Source: Sediminibacterium sp.
Lineage (GTDB): Bacteria > Bacteroidota > Bacteroidia > Chitinophagales > Chitinophagaceae
DNA length: 36,822 bases
Assembly (NCBI GenBank): GCA_040380795.1
Contig: JBEIIN010000001.1
Coordinates: forward strand, 1 to 36,822
Reading direction: 5' to 3'
Shown: positions 7,216 to 17,934 of the stretch, piece after piece
How positions within the stretch are numbered: the first letter of the stretch is position 1
Layout: each line of letters begins with the position of its first letter
Made by a program: the position numbers and the translations under genes
Notes under the pieces: generated by a model
What the model was told of the DNA's origin: nothing
Database searches by the model: none
The model's input: only the letters and a program-made list of their open reading frames with translations

Positions 7216-9558
7216 CTATTTATTTCTCTTTTTCTTACGCTTCCACCAACTTACTCTTTGTACTTCAGCTTGGGTGTCTACCCTAGTTTTCAACTGGGCA
7301 TCTACCACCGCCACAGTAGCCATATTTATGATATTTCTCACTCCTGAACCTAATTGCAATACATTCACAGGTTTCTTTAAACCAAGTAAGATTGGACCAA
7401 TAATATCTACCCCACCTATTTCTTTTAATAAATGATAAGCAATATTTCCAGAAGTTAAATTAGGGAAGATTAATACATTCACTTGTGCGTCTACTAAATC
7501 GCTGAATGGATAATTTTCTTTTAAGATTTCTTTATTAAAGGCCATCATACCTTGCATTTCACCATCTACAATTAAAGAAGGGTTTCTTTGCTTGATAATT
7601 CTGGTGGCTTCTGCAACCATTTGGGCTTCTGGTGTATCACTACTTCCAAAGTTGGAATAACTTAACATAGCAATTCTTGGCTCCATATTAAAATTACGCA
7701 CTTCTTTAGCAACAAGTAATGCGATATCTGCAAGCTCCTCTGCATTAGGATTAATATTCACGGTTGTATCTGCTAAAAATAAAGGGCCTTTTTTAGTCAA
7801 GAGTAAATACATACCTGCAATTTTCTTCACGCCCTCTTCAGTACCTATAATATGAAGTGCAGGTTTAATACCATCGGAATAATTTCTAGTTAAGCCAGAC
7901 AACATCGCATCTGCTTCGCCTGTCTCCACCATCATGGCACCAAAATAATTTTGCGTGCGCATTAATTTTAAGCTCTCGTGTTTATTAATACCCTTGCGTT
8001 GTCTTTTTTGAAATAAGATAGATCCGAAAAATTCTCTTTTCTCTTCCATCTCATCGCTTCTTACATCAATAATAGGTAAATCGCTAATATCAATATTATT
8101 GGCCTCCGCTATATTTTTGATTCTGTTTTCATTACCTAATAAAATAGGATAAGCAATACCATCATCGTATACAATACTAGCCGCTTTTAATATTTTAATA
8201 TTTTCTGCATCGGCAAATACTAAACGCTTAGGATCACGACGTGCTTTATTACTGATTAAACGCATTAACTGATTGTCTAGACCTAAACGCTTATTTAATT
8301 GTAACTCATATTCATCCCAATTAGAAATGGGTTGTTGCGCTATACCCGATGCTACTGCTGCTTTTGCTACAGCTGGTGCTAATGTGCTTAATAATCTTGG
8401 ATCTAATGGTTTGGGAATAATATATTCTGGACCAAAACATAAGTTATGTTGATTATAGGCCATATTCACCGAATCAGGTACCGCCGATTTTGCTAAGTCT
8501 GCTAGCGCATTTACCGCCGCTAATTTCATGGCTTCGTTAATTGACTTCGCACGCACATCTAAAGCACCTCTAAATATATAAGGGAAACCTAAAACATTAT
8601 TCACTTGATTAGGAAAATCGGACCTGCCAGTAGCCATGATAATATCTTTTCTTACTGAAGTAGCTGCATCATAATCAATTTCAGGATCGGGATTTGCTAA
8701 AGCAAATACAATGGGGTTTTTTGGCATGGAAGCCACCATTTCTTTACTTATAATATTCCCTACACTTAAACCTAAAAACACATCGGCTGTTTTAAAGGCT
8801 TGTACCAAGGTCATATTCTCTGCTTTAATCGCAAAGGGTTTTCTATCTTCTCCTAGATCGGTTCTGCCGGTATGCAGTACTCCGTCTTTATCAAACAAAA
8901 TAAAGTTTTCATACCTGGCCCCTAAGGCAACATATAATTTTATACAAGCCATGGCTGCAGCGCCTGCGCCACTTACTACAAACTTAGCTTTCTCAATTTT
9001 TTTCTTTTGTAATTCTAATGCATTTAATAAAGCAGCACTACTAATAATGGCAGTTCCATGTTGGTCATCATGCATTACAGGAATGGACATGGATTCTTTT
9101 AATTTTTGCTCTATATAAAAACACTCAGGCGCTTTTATATCTTCTAAATTAATACCGCCGAATGTGGGCTCTAAAGATTTTACTATCTCTACAAATTTAT
9201 CAGGATCGGTTTCATTAATCTCAATATCAAATACATCAATGTCTGCGAAAATTTTAAATAGTACGGCCTTTCCTTCCATCACCGGTTTACTCGCTAAGGG
9301 CCCAATATTGCCCAAACCTAAAACAGCAGTTCCATTGGTAATCACACCTACTAAATTTCCTTTAGCAGTATACTTAAATACATCGGATGGATTGTTTTTT
9401 ATCTCTGTACATGGAATGGCTACCCCAGGGCTATAAGCAAGAGATAAGTCTTTCTGGGTTTTTGCTTCCTTGGTAGGAACGACTTCAATTTTACCGGGTC
9501 TGCCGTTGGCATGGTATTCTAAAGCCTGTTCTTTTCTTAGATTTTCTTTATTCGACAT
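7216..9558 (-). CDS. maeB: NADP-dependent malic enzyme with a phosphotransacetylase-like C-terminal domain
   Basis: Motifs [42 protein letters not shown] and [13 protein letters not shown], then the PTA-like domain ([12 protein letters not shown]). Confidence 0.96.
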   Translation of the reverse strand: MSNKENLRKEQALEYHANGRPGKIEVVPTKEAKTQKDLSLAYSPGVAIPCTEIKNNPSDVFKYTAKGNLVGVITNGTAVLGLGNIGPLASKPVMEGKAVLFKIFADIDVFDIEINETDPDKFVEIVKSLEPTFGGINLEDIKAPECFYIEQKLKESMSIPVMHDDQHGTAIISSAALLNALELQKKKIEKAKFVVSGAGAAAMACIKLYVALGARYENFILFDKDGVLHTGRTDLGEDRKPFAIKAENMTLVQAFKTADVFLGLSVGNIISKEMVASMPKNPIVFALANPDPEIDYDAATSVRKDIIMATGRSDFPNQVNNVLGFPYIFRGALDVRAKSINEAMKLAAVNALADLAKSAVPDSVNMAYNQHNLCFGPEYIIPKPLDPRLLSTLAPAVAKAAVASGIAQQPISNWDEYELQLNKRLGLDNQLMRLISNKARRDPKRLVFADAENIKILKAASIVYDDGIAYPILLGNENRIKNIAEANNIDISDLPIIDVRSDEMEEKREFFGSILFQKRQRKGINKHESLKLMRTQNYFGAMMVETGEADAMLSGLTRNYSDGIKPALHIIGTEEGVKKIAGMYLLLTKKGPLFLADTTVNINPNAEELADIALLVAKEVRNFNMEPRIAMLSYSNFGSSDTPEAQMVAEATRIIKQRNPSLIVDGEMQGMMAFNKEILKENYPFSDLVDAQVNVLIFPNLTSGNIAYHLLKEIGGVDIIGPILLGLKKPVNVLQLGSGVRNIINMATVAVVDAQLKTRVDTQAEVQRVSWWKRKKKRNK

Positions 9559-9596
9559 GTAATAAATTTATAACGAGTGTTAGTTTTCGAGTTTTA

Positions 9597-9604
9597 CAAA
9601 GCTA
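9597..9604 (-). promoter_or_regulatory. -7 promoter box (TAGCTTTG) for maeB
   Basis: TAnnTTTG match 38 nt upstream of the start codon. Confidence 0.55.
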
Positions 9605-9658
9605 CTGAATATATACAAAACGAGGTTTTTGTACTATATATTGTTGAAATATAGTGCT

Positions 9659-10840
9659 TTATGCAAATAATTGGGTGCCCAACCAGGCCATCATGCCCAC
9701 TCCATTTTCAATGGATTCTTCCTCAATATTGAAGTGTGGGGTATGTACATTATGTATAATGCCTTTAGATTCATTGCGTACACCTAATCTAAAAAAGCAA
9801 CCAGGAATGACTTGAGAATAATAACCAAAATCTTCGGCGCCCATTCTTTTTTCTGTTTCTACAACATTGCTCGCTCCCATATAAGCGTCCGCTAATTTCC
9901 AAGCAGCTTCAGTAATGACAGGTTCGTTGTCTACAGTAGGATAACCTACATCCACTTTAAAATCTATTTCAGCACCGGTAGCTAATGATAAACCTTTTGC
10001 TTGTTGCATCATTAATTCATGTGCTTTAAAACGCCATACTTCATCCATGGCTCTGAAAGTGCCCATTAGTTTTACTTCAGTTGGAATAACATTGGTAGTA
10101 TTACCACCATGCACAGAACAAATAGAAAGTACAGATGGATTTTGTGGATCGCGATTGCGTGCTATAATAGTTTGTAAACTTGTAATTAATTGTGCAGCTA
10201 CTAAAACAGTATCCACAGTTTGATGTGGTGTAGCTGCATGACCTCCAGGACCTTTAATAGAAACATATAATTCATCGGCACTGGCCATCACACGTCCTTT
10301 TCTAAAACTTAATTTTCCGTGATTCAAACCTGGATGCACGTGTAAGCCTACAATGCCTGCTGGCACTGGGTTTTTAAGCGCTCCATCACGAATCATATAA
10401 CTTGCTCCTCCCGGATTTTTTTCTTCTCCCGGTTGAAATAATAATTTTATAGTGCCTTCAAATTCTTCACGCAAAGTCCATAAAATTTTTGCAGCGCCTA
10501 ATAAAATGGTGGTATGCACATCATGTCCGCAGGCATGCATTACCCCTTCTTTAGTGGAAATATAATCGACTTTATTTTCTTCAATAATAGGAAGCGCATC
10601 CATATCGGCACGAAGTGCCACAATTCGTTTGCTTGGATTTTTTCCTTCAATAATACCTAGTACACCCGTAGTAGCAATAACAGTAAATGGAATGCCAATG
10701 GCTTTTAATTGCGCTTGCACATACTTACTAGTTTCAAATTCTTGATAACTTAATTCAGGATTGGCATGCAAATGTCTTCGTATAGAAACATTCTGGGCTT
10801 GATGCTGTTTGGCTAAAGATTTTATTTTGTCTAGTAACAT
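9659..10840 (-). CDS. M20 family amidohydrolase (Acy1/hippurate hydrolase-like)
   Basis: Motifs RRHLHANPELS, LRADMDALP, MHACGHDVH, FQPGEE and GAEDF. Confidence 0.93.
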   Translation of the reverse strand: MLLDKIKSLAKQHQAQNVSIRRHLHANPELSYQEFETSKYVQAQLKAIGIPFTVIATTGVLGIIEGKNPSKRIVALRADMDALPIIEENKVDYISTKEGVMHACGHDVHTTILLGAAKILWTLREEFEGTIKLLFQPGEEKNPGGASYMIRDGALKNPVPAGIVGLHVHPGLNHGKLSFRKGRVMASADELYVSIKGPGGHAATPHQTVDTVLVAAQLITSLQTIIARNRDPQNPSVLSICSVHGGNTTNVIPTEVKLMGTFRAMDEVWRFKAHELMMQQAKGLSLATGAEIDFKVDVGYPTVDNEPVITEAAWKLADAYMGASNVVETEKRMGAEDFGYYSQVIPGCFFRLGVRNESKGIIHNVHTPHFNIEEESIENGVGMMAWLGTQLFA

Positions 10841-10853
10841 GATAATAGTAAAG

Positions 10854-11540
10854 TTAATAATTTGATTTTACATTATCTGCATTAGCGCCCGATACAATGG
10901 CCACCCCCGCGCTACAACCTATGCGCGTTGCACCGGCATCTATCATTAATTTAGCAGTTGCATAGTCTCTAATACCACCAGAGGCCTTTATTTGTACTTG
11001 ATCGGGTAAATGTTTTCTAAACAATTTAACCGCTTCTACACTAGCCCCTTTTTCTGCATAGCCAGTAGATGTTTTTAAATAATCAATGCCTGCAATGCCG
11101 TAAATATCGCAACATTTTATGATTTCATCATCGGTTAATACACCCGACTCAATAATTATTTTTACCACTTTATTCTTGGAACGAATAATGGGCATGATAT
11201 GATTGATTTCATCTGCAATAGCAGACCAGTCGCCGTTTTTTATAGCAGAGATATTCGCGACCACATCTAATTCATCGGCGCCATCCACCATGGCTAAAAT
11301 AATTTCTGCAATTTTTGCTTCGGTAGCACTGTAACCAAAAGGAAATCCAATAACGGTGGCTACTTGTACAGTAGAACCCACTAGTTTTTCTTTTGCTAAT
11401 TTTACAAAATTGGGAGGTACACATACGGCTGCAAAATCATACTGAGTTGCTTCAGCACATAATTTTTCAATGTCCGACACTAAACAAGTGGGTTTTAAAA
11501 TAGTATGGTCGATGTATTTATTAAGCGACCTCTTTTCCAT
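10854..11540 (-). CDS. deoC: Deoxyribose-phosphate aldolase
   Basis: Motifs IDHTILKP, VIGFPFG, KTSTG and IKASGGIR. The nearest ATG (11540) overlaps the end of secA by 20 nt. Confidence 0.95.
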   Translation of the reverse strand: MEKRSLNKYIDHTILKPTCLVSDIEKLCAEATQYDFAAVCVPPNFVKLAKEKLVGSTVQVATVIGFPFGYSATEAKIAEIILAMVDGADELDVVANISAIKNGDWSAIADEINHIMPIIRSKNKVVKIIIESGVLTDDEIIKCCDIYGIAGIDYLKTSTGYAEKGASVEAVKLFRKHLPDQVQIKASGGIRDYATAKLMIDAGATRIGCSAGVAIVSGANADNVKSNY

Positions 11541-14500
11541 GACAAGCTTTGAATTTTTTTCCACTACCACAAGGACAAGGATCGTTGCGTCCTGTTTTAG
11601 GACCTACTTGAATAGGTGCTTGCTTACTATCACTAGGATCGTTGTAAGCATTGCCACCCGCATCCTCTGTTCTATTGGCACTTAATTTACTTAAGTCTGT
11701 TTTTTGTTGACGTCCTTCTTTCACTGCATCTTCTAAAGGCAAATGCGCATGACATAAAAATTGAACTAGCTTTTGATTAATCTCAATATCCATTTTTCTA
11801 AATAATTCAAAAGCTTCCATTTTATAAATAACGAGCGGATCCTTCTGTTCATAGGTAGCAGTTTGTACCGATTGCTTCAAATCGTCCATGGCTCTTAAAT
11901 GCTCTTTCCATGCGTCATCAATAAAGCTTAGGGAAATATTTTTTTCTGCTTGAGCAACAAGTGTAGCACCTTCGGTACTTACATTTTTATCTAAGTTTAC
12001 CAATACATTGTAAGCAATTTTTCCATCACCCACAGGCACTATTACATTTTCAATATGTGCTCCTTGATTTTTTCTAATATTTTTGAAAACTGGAATACTT
12101 TGTTTCATCATCTCCTTTTTCTTATACTCATAATGCGCAATAGCTTCTTGATATACTAATTCAACTAGTGCAGCATCATTAGTAGACTTGAATTCTTCTT
12201 GCGTTATTTTAGTATCAAAACCTGTTTGAACAATTAAGGATAATTTCAAGCCTTCGTAATCGTTATTCAATTTATAGTTCGTCACCACACCTTCAATGAC
12301 TTGATAAAATGCATTGTCTAAATCCAAGGCTAATCTTTCTCCAAACAAAGCATGATTTCTTTTTTTGTAAATCACGGTTCTTTGCTTGTTCATCACATCA
12401 TCATATTCCAATAAACGCTTTCTTACACCAAAATTATTTTCCTCTACTTTTTTCTGTGCACGCTCAATAGATTTTGTAATCATACTGTGCTGAATAACCT
12501 CTCCTTCTTTATAACCCGCGAAGTCCATCACTTTAGCAATACGCTCACTTCCAAACATGCGCATTAAATCATCTTCCAAAGAAATAAAGAATTGAGAAGA
12601 ACCCGGATCACCTTGTCTTCCCGCACGTCCACGCAATTGTCTGTCTACACGACGAGACTCGTGACGCTCTGTACCTAGTATGGCTAATCCGCCAGCGGCT
12701 TTTACTTCAGGACTTAATTTAATATCGGTACCACGACCTGCCATGTTGGTGGCAATGGTAACCGCTCCTGTTAAACCTGCTTCCGCAACCACCTGTGCTT
12801 CACGCGCATGTTGTTTGGCGTTCAGTACATTGTGTGGAATATTTTGTTGACGCAACATTCTACTTAATAATTCACTCACCTCTACCGAAGTAGTACCGCA
12901 TAAAACCGGACGACCTTGATCTCTTAATTCAACAATAGCTTCAATGACTGCCCCTAATTTTTCACGCTTGGTTTTATACACTAAGTCTTGTTCGTCATTT
13001 CTTATAGCTGGAATATTAGTAGGAATAGAAACCACATCTAATTTATAAATGCTCCAAAACTCTGAAGCCTCTGTTTCAGCTGTACCTGTCATACCGGCTA
13101 ACTTATGATACATTCTAAAAAAGTTCTGCAAAGTAATAGTCGCATAAGTTTGTGTAGCTGCTTCAATTTTTACATTTTCTTTAGCTTCAATGGCTTGGTG
13201 TAATCCGTCGGAATAACGGCGCCCTTCCATAATACGACCCGTTTGCTCATCTACAATTTTTACCTGTCCTTCAATGACTACATACTCCACATCGTTGTCA
13301 AATAAAGTATAAGCTTTTAATAATTGATTCACTGTGTGAATACGATCGGCCTTAATGCTGTATTCAGTAATGATGCTTTCTTTTTGTTGGAATTTTTCTT
13401 CCGCAATTAAATTTGCATTTTGATCAATGGCATTTAAGGCAACACTTATGTCGGGTAGTAAAAAGAAATTTGGATCTTCTCCTTGCTTGGTAATTAATTG
13501 CAAACCTTTATCGGTTAATTCTACCGAATTATTTTTTTCATCAATATGGAAAAATAAATCAACATCTACATGTGGCATTTCTTTTTGCTGATCGGCTAAA
13601 TAATAATTTTCTGCTTTTTGCAATTTCACTCTCACCCCTGGCTCACTTAAATATTTAATAATAGCACTATTTTTAGGCAAGCCTCTAAACGCGCTATACA
13701 AAGCCTTTCCGCCGTCTTTAGGATCGTCGTTGCCTTCTGCTATTTTCTTTTTGGCTTCAATTAAAAATTGGTTCACCGTTTTCTTTTGCATCTCCACCAA
13801 TTTTTCAATTCTTGGTTTCAATTCAAAAAATTGTTGCTCTCCAGTTTGATAACCAATAGGACCAGATATAATTAATGGCGTACGCGCATCATCAATTAAT
13901 ACACTATCCACCTCATCCACCATCGCATAATGATGTTTGCGTTGCACCATCTCTTCTGGTGTGTGCACCATATTATCTCTTAGATAATCAAATCCAAATT
14001 CATTATTGGTTCCGTAAGTAATACCTGCACGGTAAGCATTTCTTCGCTCTTCAGAATTCGGCTGATGCTTATCGATACAATCTACTGTAATACCTAACCA
14101 CTCAAATAAAGTACCATTCCATTCACTATCTCTTTTGGCTAAGTAATCGTTCACTGTTACAATGTGCACTCCTTCTCCGGCTAGTGCGTTTAAGTAAGCG
14201 GGCAAAGTAGAAACTAAAGTTTTACCCTCACCCGTTGACATTTCGGCAATCTTACCTTGGTGTAAAACAATACCTCCTAATAACTGCACATCGTAGTGCA
14301 CCATATTCCAAGTAATGGGTGTACCGGCTGCCTTCCAAGTAGTTTGGAATACCGACTGGTCGCCCTTAATACTGATATATTCTTTTTTGACAGATAAATC
14401 CCTGTCAAGTTGTGTAGCTGTTGACACTAACTGCTCTTCATCGGTAAATCGGCGGGCCGTTTCTTTCACCACCGCAAAGGCTTCTGGCAAAATGTCCCAA

Positions 14501-14814
14501 AGGACCTTCTCCAAGGTGGTGTCTCTTTCCTTTTTGAGTAAATCTACCTGCTCATACAAACCATCTCTACCCATAAAATCGCTAATAGGCAGGGCTTCTG
14601 CCTCGGTTTGAAGGGCTTCAATTTGACTATCGGATTCAGCTAAATAGGCCTTAATTTTAGCCTTAAATTCAGTGGTTTTAGCCCTTAACTCGTCGTTAGA
14701 AAGGCCTTTATAGCTATCAAAATGGCCATTAATAACAGCCACTAAATGGTCTATTTTTTTGACGTCCTTTTCACTTTTCGAACCTCCAAATAATTTACTT
14801 ATAATTTGCAACAT
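11521..14814 (-). CDS. secA: Preprotein translocase ATPase SecA
   Basis: Motifs EMSTGEGKT, DEVDSVLIDDARTPLIISG and QLRGRAGRQGDPGSS, plus the C-terminal SEC-C motif GRNDPCPCGSGKKFKACH. Confidence 0.98.
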   Translation of the reverse strand: MLQIISKLFGGSKSEKDVKKIDHLVAVINGHFDSYKGLSNDELRAKTTEFKAKIKAYLAESDSQIEALQTEAEALPISDFMGRDGLYEQVDLLKKERDTTLEKVLWDILPEAFAVVKETARRFTDEEQLVSTATQLDRDLSVKKEYISIKGDQSVFQTTWKAAGTPITWNMVHYDVQLLGGIVLHQGKIAEMSTGEGKTLVSTLPAYLNALAGEGVHIVTVNDYLAKRDSEWNGTLFEWLGITVDCIDKHQPNSEERRNAYRAGITYGTNNEFGFDYLRDNMVHTPEEMVQRKHHYAMVDEVDSVLIDDARTPLIISGPIGYQTGEQQFFELKPRIEKLVEMQKKTVNQFLIEAKKKIAEGNDDPKDGGKALYSAFRGLPKNSAIIKYLSEPGVRVKLQKAENYYLADQQKEMPHVDVDLFFHIDEKNNSVELTDKGLQLITKQGEDPNFFLLPDISVALNAIDQNANLIAEEKFQQKESIITEYSIKADRIHTVNQLLKAYTLFDNDVEYVVIEGQVKIVDEQTGRIMEGRRYSDGLHQAIEAKENVKIEAATQTYATITLQNFFRMYHKLAGMTGTAETEASEFWSIYKLDVVSIPTNIPAIRNDEQDLVYKTKREKLGAVIEAIVELRDQGRPVLCGTTSVEVSELLSRMLRQQNIPHNVLNAKQHAREAQVVAEAGLTGAVTIATNMAGRGTDIKLSPEVKAAGGLAILGTERHESRRVDRQLRGRAGRQGDPGSSQFFISLEDDLMRMFGSERIAKVMDFAGYKEGEVIQHSMITKSIERAQKKVEENNFGVRKRLLEYDDVMNKQRTVIYKKRNHALFGERLALDLDNAFYQVIEGVVTNYKLNNDYEGLKLSLIVQTGFDTKITQEEFKSTNDAALVELVYQEAIAHYEYKKKEMMKQSIPVFKNIRKNQGAHIENVIVPVGDGKIAYNVLVNLDKNVSTEGATLVAQAEKNISLSFIDDAWKEHLRAMDDLKQSVQTATYEQKDPLVIYKMEAFELFRKMDIEINQKLVQFLCHAHLPLEDAVKEGRQQKTDLSKLSANRTEDAGGNAYNDPSDSKQAPIQVGPKTGRNDPCPCGSGKKFKACHGKEVA

Positions 14815-14860
14815 ATTCCTGCTTGATAATTGTGTAATTTCCTATACTCAATAGGCGTGC

Positions 14861-14868
14861 CAAAGTTA
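14861..14868 (-). promoter_or_regulatory. -7 promoter box (TAACTTTG) for secA
   Basis: TAnnTTTG match 46 nt upstream of the secA ATG. Confidence 0.55.
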
Positions 14869-14937
14869 AGTAATTGGGGTGAGTTTGAGAGTTTTAAAGG
14901 GGGTCCAATATAAAAAATAACAACAATGGCCTTAAAA

Positions 14938-14968
14938 TTGAAAAATGGACGAAAAAATGATACCTTTG
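14938..14968 (+). promoter_or_regulatory. Bacteroidota housekeeping promoter for atpG (TTG-N20-TACCTTTG)
   Basis: -33 TTG at 14938-14940 and -7 box at 14961-14968, with a 20-nt spacer. Confidence 0.65.
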
Positions 14969-15031
14969 CTCGCCTTTGGAGCCCTTGTATTTTAAGGGGC
15001 TTCTACTTGAACATCAGAAACTAAAAATGCA

Positions 15032-15901
15032 ATGGCAGGTCAATTAAACGAAGTAAGAAATAGGATTAAAAGTACACAAAGTACACAGCAGTTAACCAAG
15101 GCCATGAAAATGGTAAGTGCTGCCAAATTACGCCGTGCACAAGATGCCATCACACAAATGAGACCTTATACGCGTAAGTTACAAGAAATGTTAAGCAATA
15201 TTATTGGAAGCTTGGATGGCGATATGAATTTAGCTTTAGCTGAAACGCGTCCGGTGAATAATGTTTTATTTATTGTGATTACTTCTGACAGAGGTTTATG
15301 CGGTGGCTACAATGCCAACTTAGTAAAATTAGCGAAGACCACTATTGCTGAAAAATACGCGAATAAAAATATTACTATTTGGAATATTGGAAAGAAAGGA
15401 TATGAGAGTTTAACCAAAACGGGCTATAAAACCAATGCCGACTTTAAAGATATTTTCTTGAATTTAAAATTTGAAAATGTTCAAACAGCTGCCAAAGCGG
15501 CCATGACTGCATTTGCAAATAAAGAATTTGATGCAATAGAAATTATTTACAGCGAGTTTAAAAATGCTGCCACTCAATTACCTACAGCAGAAGCTTTCTT
15601 GCCTATTCCCACTTTGGCTAAAATAGGAGGCAAGAAAAAAACTGATTTTATTTTTGAACCACAGAAAGAAGTTTTGGTAGCAGAGTTAATGCCAAAAATT
15701 TTAAATACACAATTGTTTAAAGCAGTACTTGATGCCAATGCAAGTGAACATGGTGCAAGAATGACTGCGATGGATAAGGCAAGTGAAAACGCAAACGAAT
15801 TATTAAAATCATTGAAATTATCATATAACCGTGCACGCCAAGCCGCTATTACAACCGAATTAACGGAGATTGTAAGTGGCGCAGCAGCATTAAACGGTTA
15901 A
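15032..15901 (+). CDS. atpG: F1 ATP synthase gamma subunit
   Basis: Motifs TKAMKMVSAAKL, TSDRGLCG, SEHGARMTAM and RQAAITTELTEIVSGA. Confidence 0.98.
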   Translation: MAGQLNEVRNRIKSTQSTQQLTKAMKMVSAAKLRRAQDAITQMRPYTRKLQEMLSNIIGSLDGDMNLALAETRPVNNVLFIVITSDRGLCGGYNANLVKLAKTTIAEKYANKNITIWNIGKKGYESLTKTGYKTNADFKDIFLNLKFENVQTAAKAAMTAFANKEFDAIEIIYSEFKNAATQLPTAEAFLPIPTLAKIGGKKKTDFIFEPQKEVLVAELMPKILNTQLFKAVLDANASEHGARMTAMDKASENANELLKSLKLSYNRARQAAITTELTEIVSGAAALNG

Positions 15902-15913
15902 GACCCAACCACT

Positions 15914-16624
15914 ATGGAAATTAGTCAAATCATACCTCATATAGAAGCGCTTATTTTTGCAAGTGAAAAAGCATTAAACGCGAATGATATTACCGAACTT
16001 ATCAATAATGCTTTTGGATTTTTAGAAGAGCGTATTAGTTTAGATCAAGTGGAGAGTGCCCTGGAGGGTATTGAAGAAAAATACAGCACTGAATTTTATC
16101 CTTTTGAATTAAAACAAAGTGGTGGTGGCTGGCAGTTTTTAACCAAGCCCGATTTTCATAAAACCATTGCACAATTAAATGGAGATAAATTTTTAAAGCG
16201 CCTATCCAATGCCGCCTTAGAATCTTTAGCCATTATTGCTTACAAGCAACCTATTACCAAGGGTGAAGTGGAAGCCATCAGAGGTGTGAACAGCGATTAT
16301 TCTATGCAAAAATTATTAGAGAAGGAATTAATTATCATTAGTGGTCGTAACGAGCATTTACCAGGTAAGCCTTTAATATATTCTACTTCCAAAAACTTCA
16401 TGGATTATTTCGGTATTAATTCAACCGATGACTTACCAAAAATTAGAGAGGTGCTAGCCGATCAATTGGTAGAAGCCACTGTCATTAAGCCTGAAGACTT
16501 CACAGACAACAGTGTTTTAGAACAAGCCGAAGAGGAAGAAACACCTAATCTAACTGAAGAAACTGACGGTTACGAGGCTGAGTCCAATGAAGAAGACGAG
16601 CGTCCAGAAAGCCCTGTTCAGTAG
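15914..16624 (+). CDS. scpB: SMC-Scp complex subunit ScpB with an acidic tail
   Basis: Motifs IEALIFAS, LSNAALESLAIIAYKQPITKGEVEAIRGV and PGKPLIYSTSKNFMDYFG. Confidence 0.95.
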   Translation: MEISQIIPHIEALIFASEKALNANDITELINNAFGFLEERISLDQVESALEGIEEKYSTEFYPFELKQSGGGWQFLTKPDFHKTIAQLNGDKFLKRLSNAALESLAIIAYKQPITKGEVEAIRGVNSDYSMQKLLEKELIIISGRNEHLPGKPLIYSTSKNFMDYFGINSTDDLPKIREVLADQLVEATVIKPEDFTDNSVLEQAEEEETPNLTEETDGYEAESNEEDERPESPVQ

Positions 16625-16631
16625 TCCTGCT

Positions 16632-16658
16632 TAGACTACACATTAGTCTATTTTTTTT
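16632..16658 (+). terminator. Intrinsic terminator after atpG-scpB
   Basis: TAGACTA-CACAT-TAGTCTA followed by T8. Confidence 0.65.
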
Positions 16659-16714
16659 CAAAATTATACACTTGTTATAATGACTGAACCTAGTTCTCAT
16701 TGTATCTTCGTGGA

Positions 16715-17929
16715 ATGAATCCAAGTATATCTTACGAAGAGCTTAATAAAGCGGCCAGCACTTATGGCACGCCTTTGTATGTGTACCATGGAGAAAAAAT
16801 TGAAAGCCAATATCAAAATTTATTGACTCATTTTTCAAACAAGTCTACTCGATTTTTTTATGCTTGCAAATCACTTACTAATATTCATATTTTAAACCTT
16901 GTTAAAAATACAGGTTGCAATATCGATTGTAGTTCTATTAACGAAGTTAAATTAGCCATACACATTGGATATGATGTTGAAAATATTTTATACACCAGCA
17001 ATAGTGTTGCATTTGAAGAAATAAAAGAAGCCGTAAGCTTGGGGGTGCATGTAAATATTGACAGCCTTTCAAATTTAGAAAAGTTTGGTGCCGCTTTTGG
17101 CGGAAGGTACCCGGTAGGTATTAGAATTAGGCCCGATATTTTGGCAGGAGGAAATTTGAAAATTTCAACAGGACATGATAAAAGTAAGTTTGGTATTCCT
17201 TATACAGAAAAAGAAACGCTAAAAAATATTCAAAAAAAGTTTGGCATTAATATTAGTGCCTTACATATTCATACGGGCAGTGAAATTAAAGATGTAGCCG
17301 TGTTTTTGCAATCGGCTACGGTATTTGAAAATTTATTACCCGATTTTCCTACTGTCAATATTTTAGATTTTGGAGGTGGCTTTAAAGTACCCTATATGCC
17401 CGAGGAAAAAGGAACAGATATTGCTTTACTGGGCGCGGAGGTAAATAAAATTATGGAAAAGCTTTCTGCGAAAATGGGACGTAACCTAACCGCTTGGTTT
17501 GAGCCGGGAAAATATTTAGTGAGTGAGGCTGGCTATTTTATTACTCAGGTAAATGTTTTAAAAAAATCGGGGGATATAGAATTTGCTGGCATTAATAGTG
17601 GATTAAACCATTTAATAAGGCCTATGTTTTATGATGCCTATCATCATATTGTAAATATTTCAGCCCCTACTAAGGAGTTAAAAAACTATGCAGTGGTGGG
17701 TAATATTTGCGAGACCGATACCTTTGCCTGGGACCGCCCTATAGCAAGTATTGAAGAAGGCGATTACTTAGTATTTTTTAATGCAGGGGCTTACGGTTAT
17801 GAAATGTCTAGTAATTATAACGCTAGGTATAAGCCTGCACAAGTTTTATATAAAAACGGAGAAGCTAAATTAATTAGCAGGGCCGATAATTTTGAAGACT
17901 TACTTCGACTACAAACACCTTTAAGCTAA
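16715..17929 (+). CDS. lysA: Diaminopimelate decarboxylase
   Basis: Motifs GTPLYVY, YACKS (PLP lysine), SKFG, HIHTGS, GGG, EPGKY, GNICETD and GAYGYEMSSNYN. I prefer the ATG at 16715 to the TTG at 16700. Confidence 0.95.
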   Translation: MNPSISYEELNKAASTYGTPLYVYHGEKIESQYQNLLTHFSNKSTRFFYACKSLTNIHILNLVKNTGCNIDCSSINEVKLAIHIGYDVENILYTSNSVAFEEIKEAVSLGVHVNIDSLSNLEKFGAAFGGRYPVGIRIRPDILAGGNLKISTGHDKSKFGIPYTEKETLKNIQKKFGINISALHIHTGSEIKDVAVFLQSATVFENLLPDFPTVNILDFGGGFKVPYMPEEKGTDIALLGAEVNKIMEKLSAKMGRNLTAWFEPGKYLVSEAGYFITQVNVLKKSGDIEFAGINSGLNHLIRPMFYDAYHHIVNISAPTKELKNYAVVGNICETDTFAWDRPIASIEEGDYLVFFNAGAYGYEMSSNYNARYKPAQVLYKNGEAKLISRADNFEDLLRLQTPLS

Positions 17930-17934
17930 TTATC

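Noticed and set aside
11521-14814. Unusually long SecA (1097 aa); likewise the fused E1 alpha/beta at 27392..29770
   Set aside because: Both are normal for Bacteroidota.
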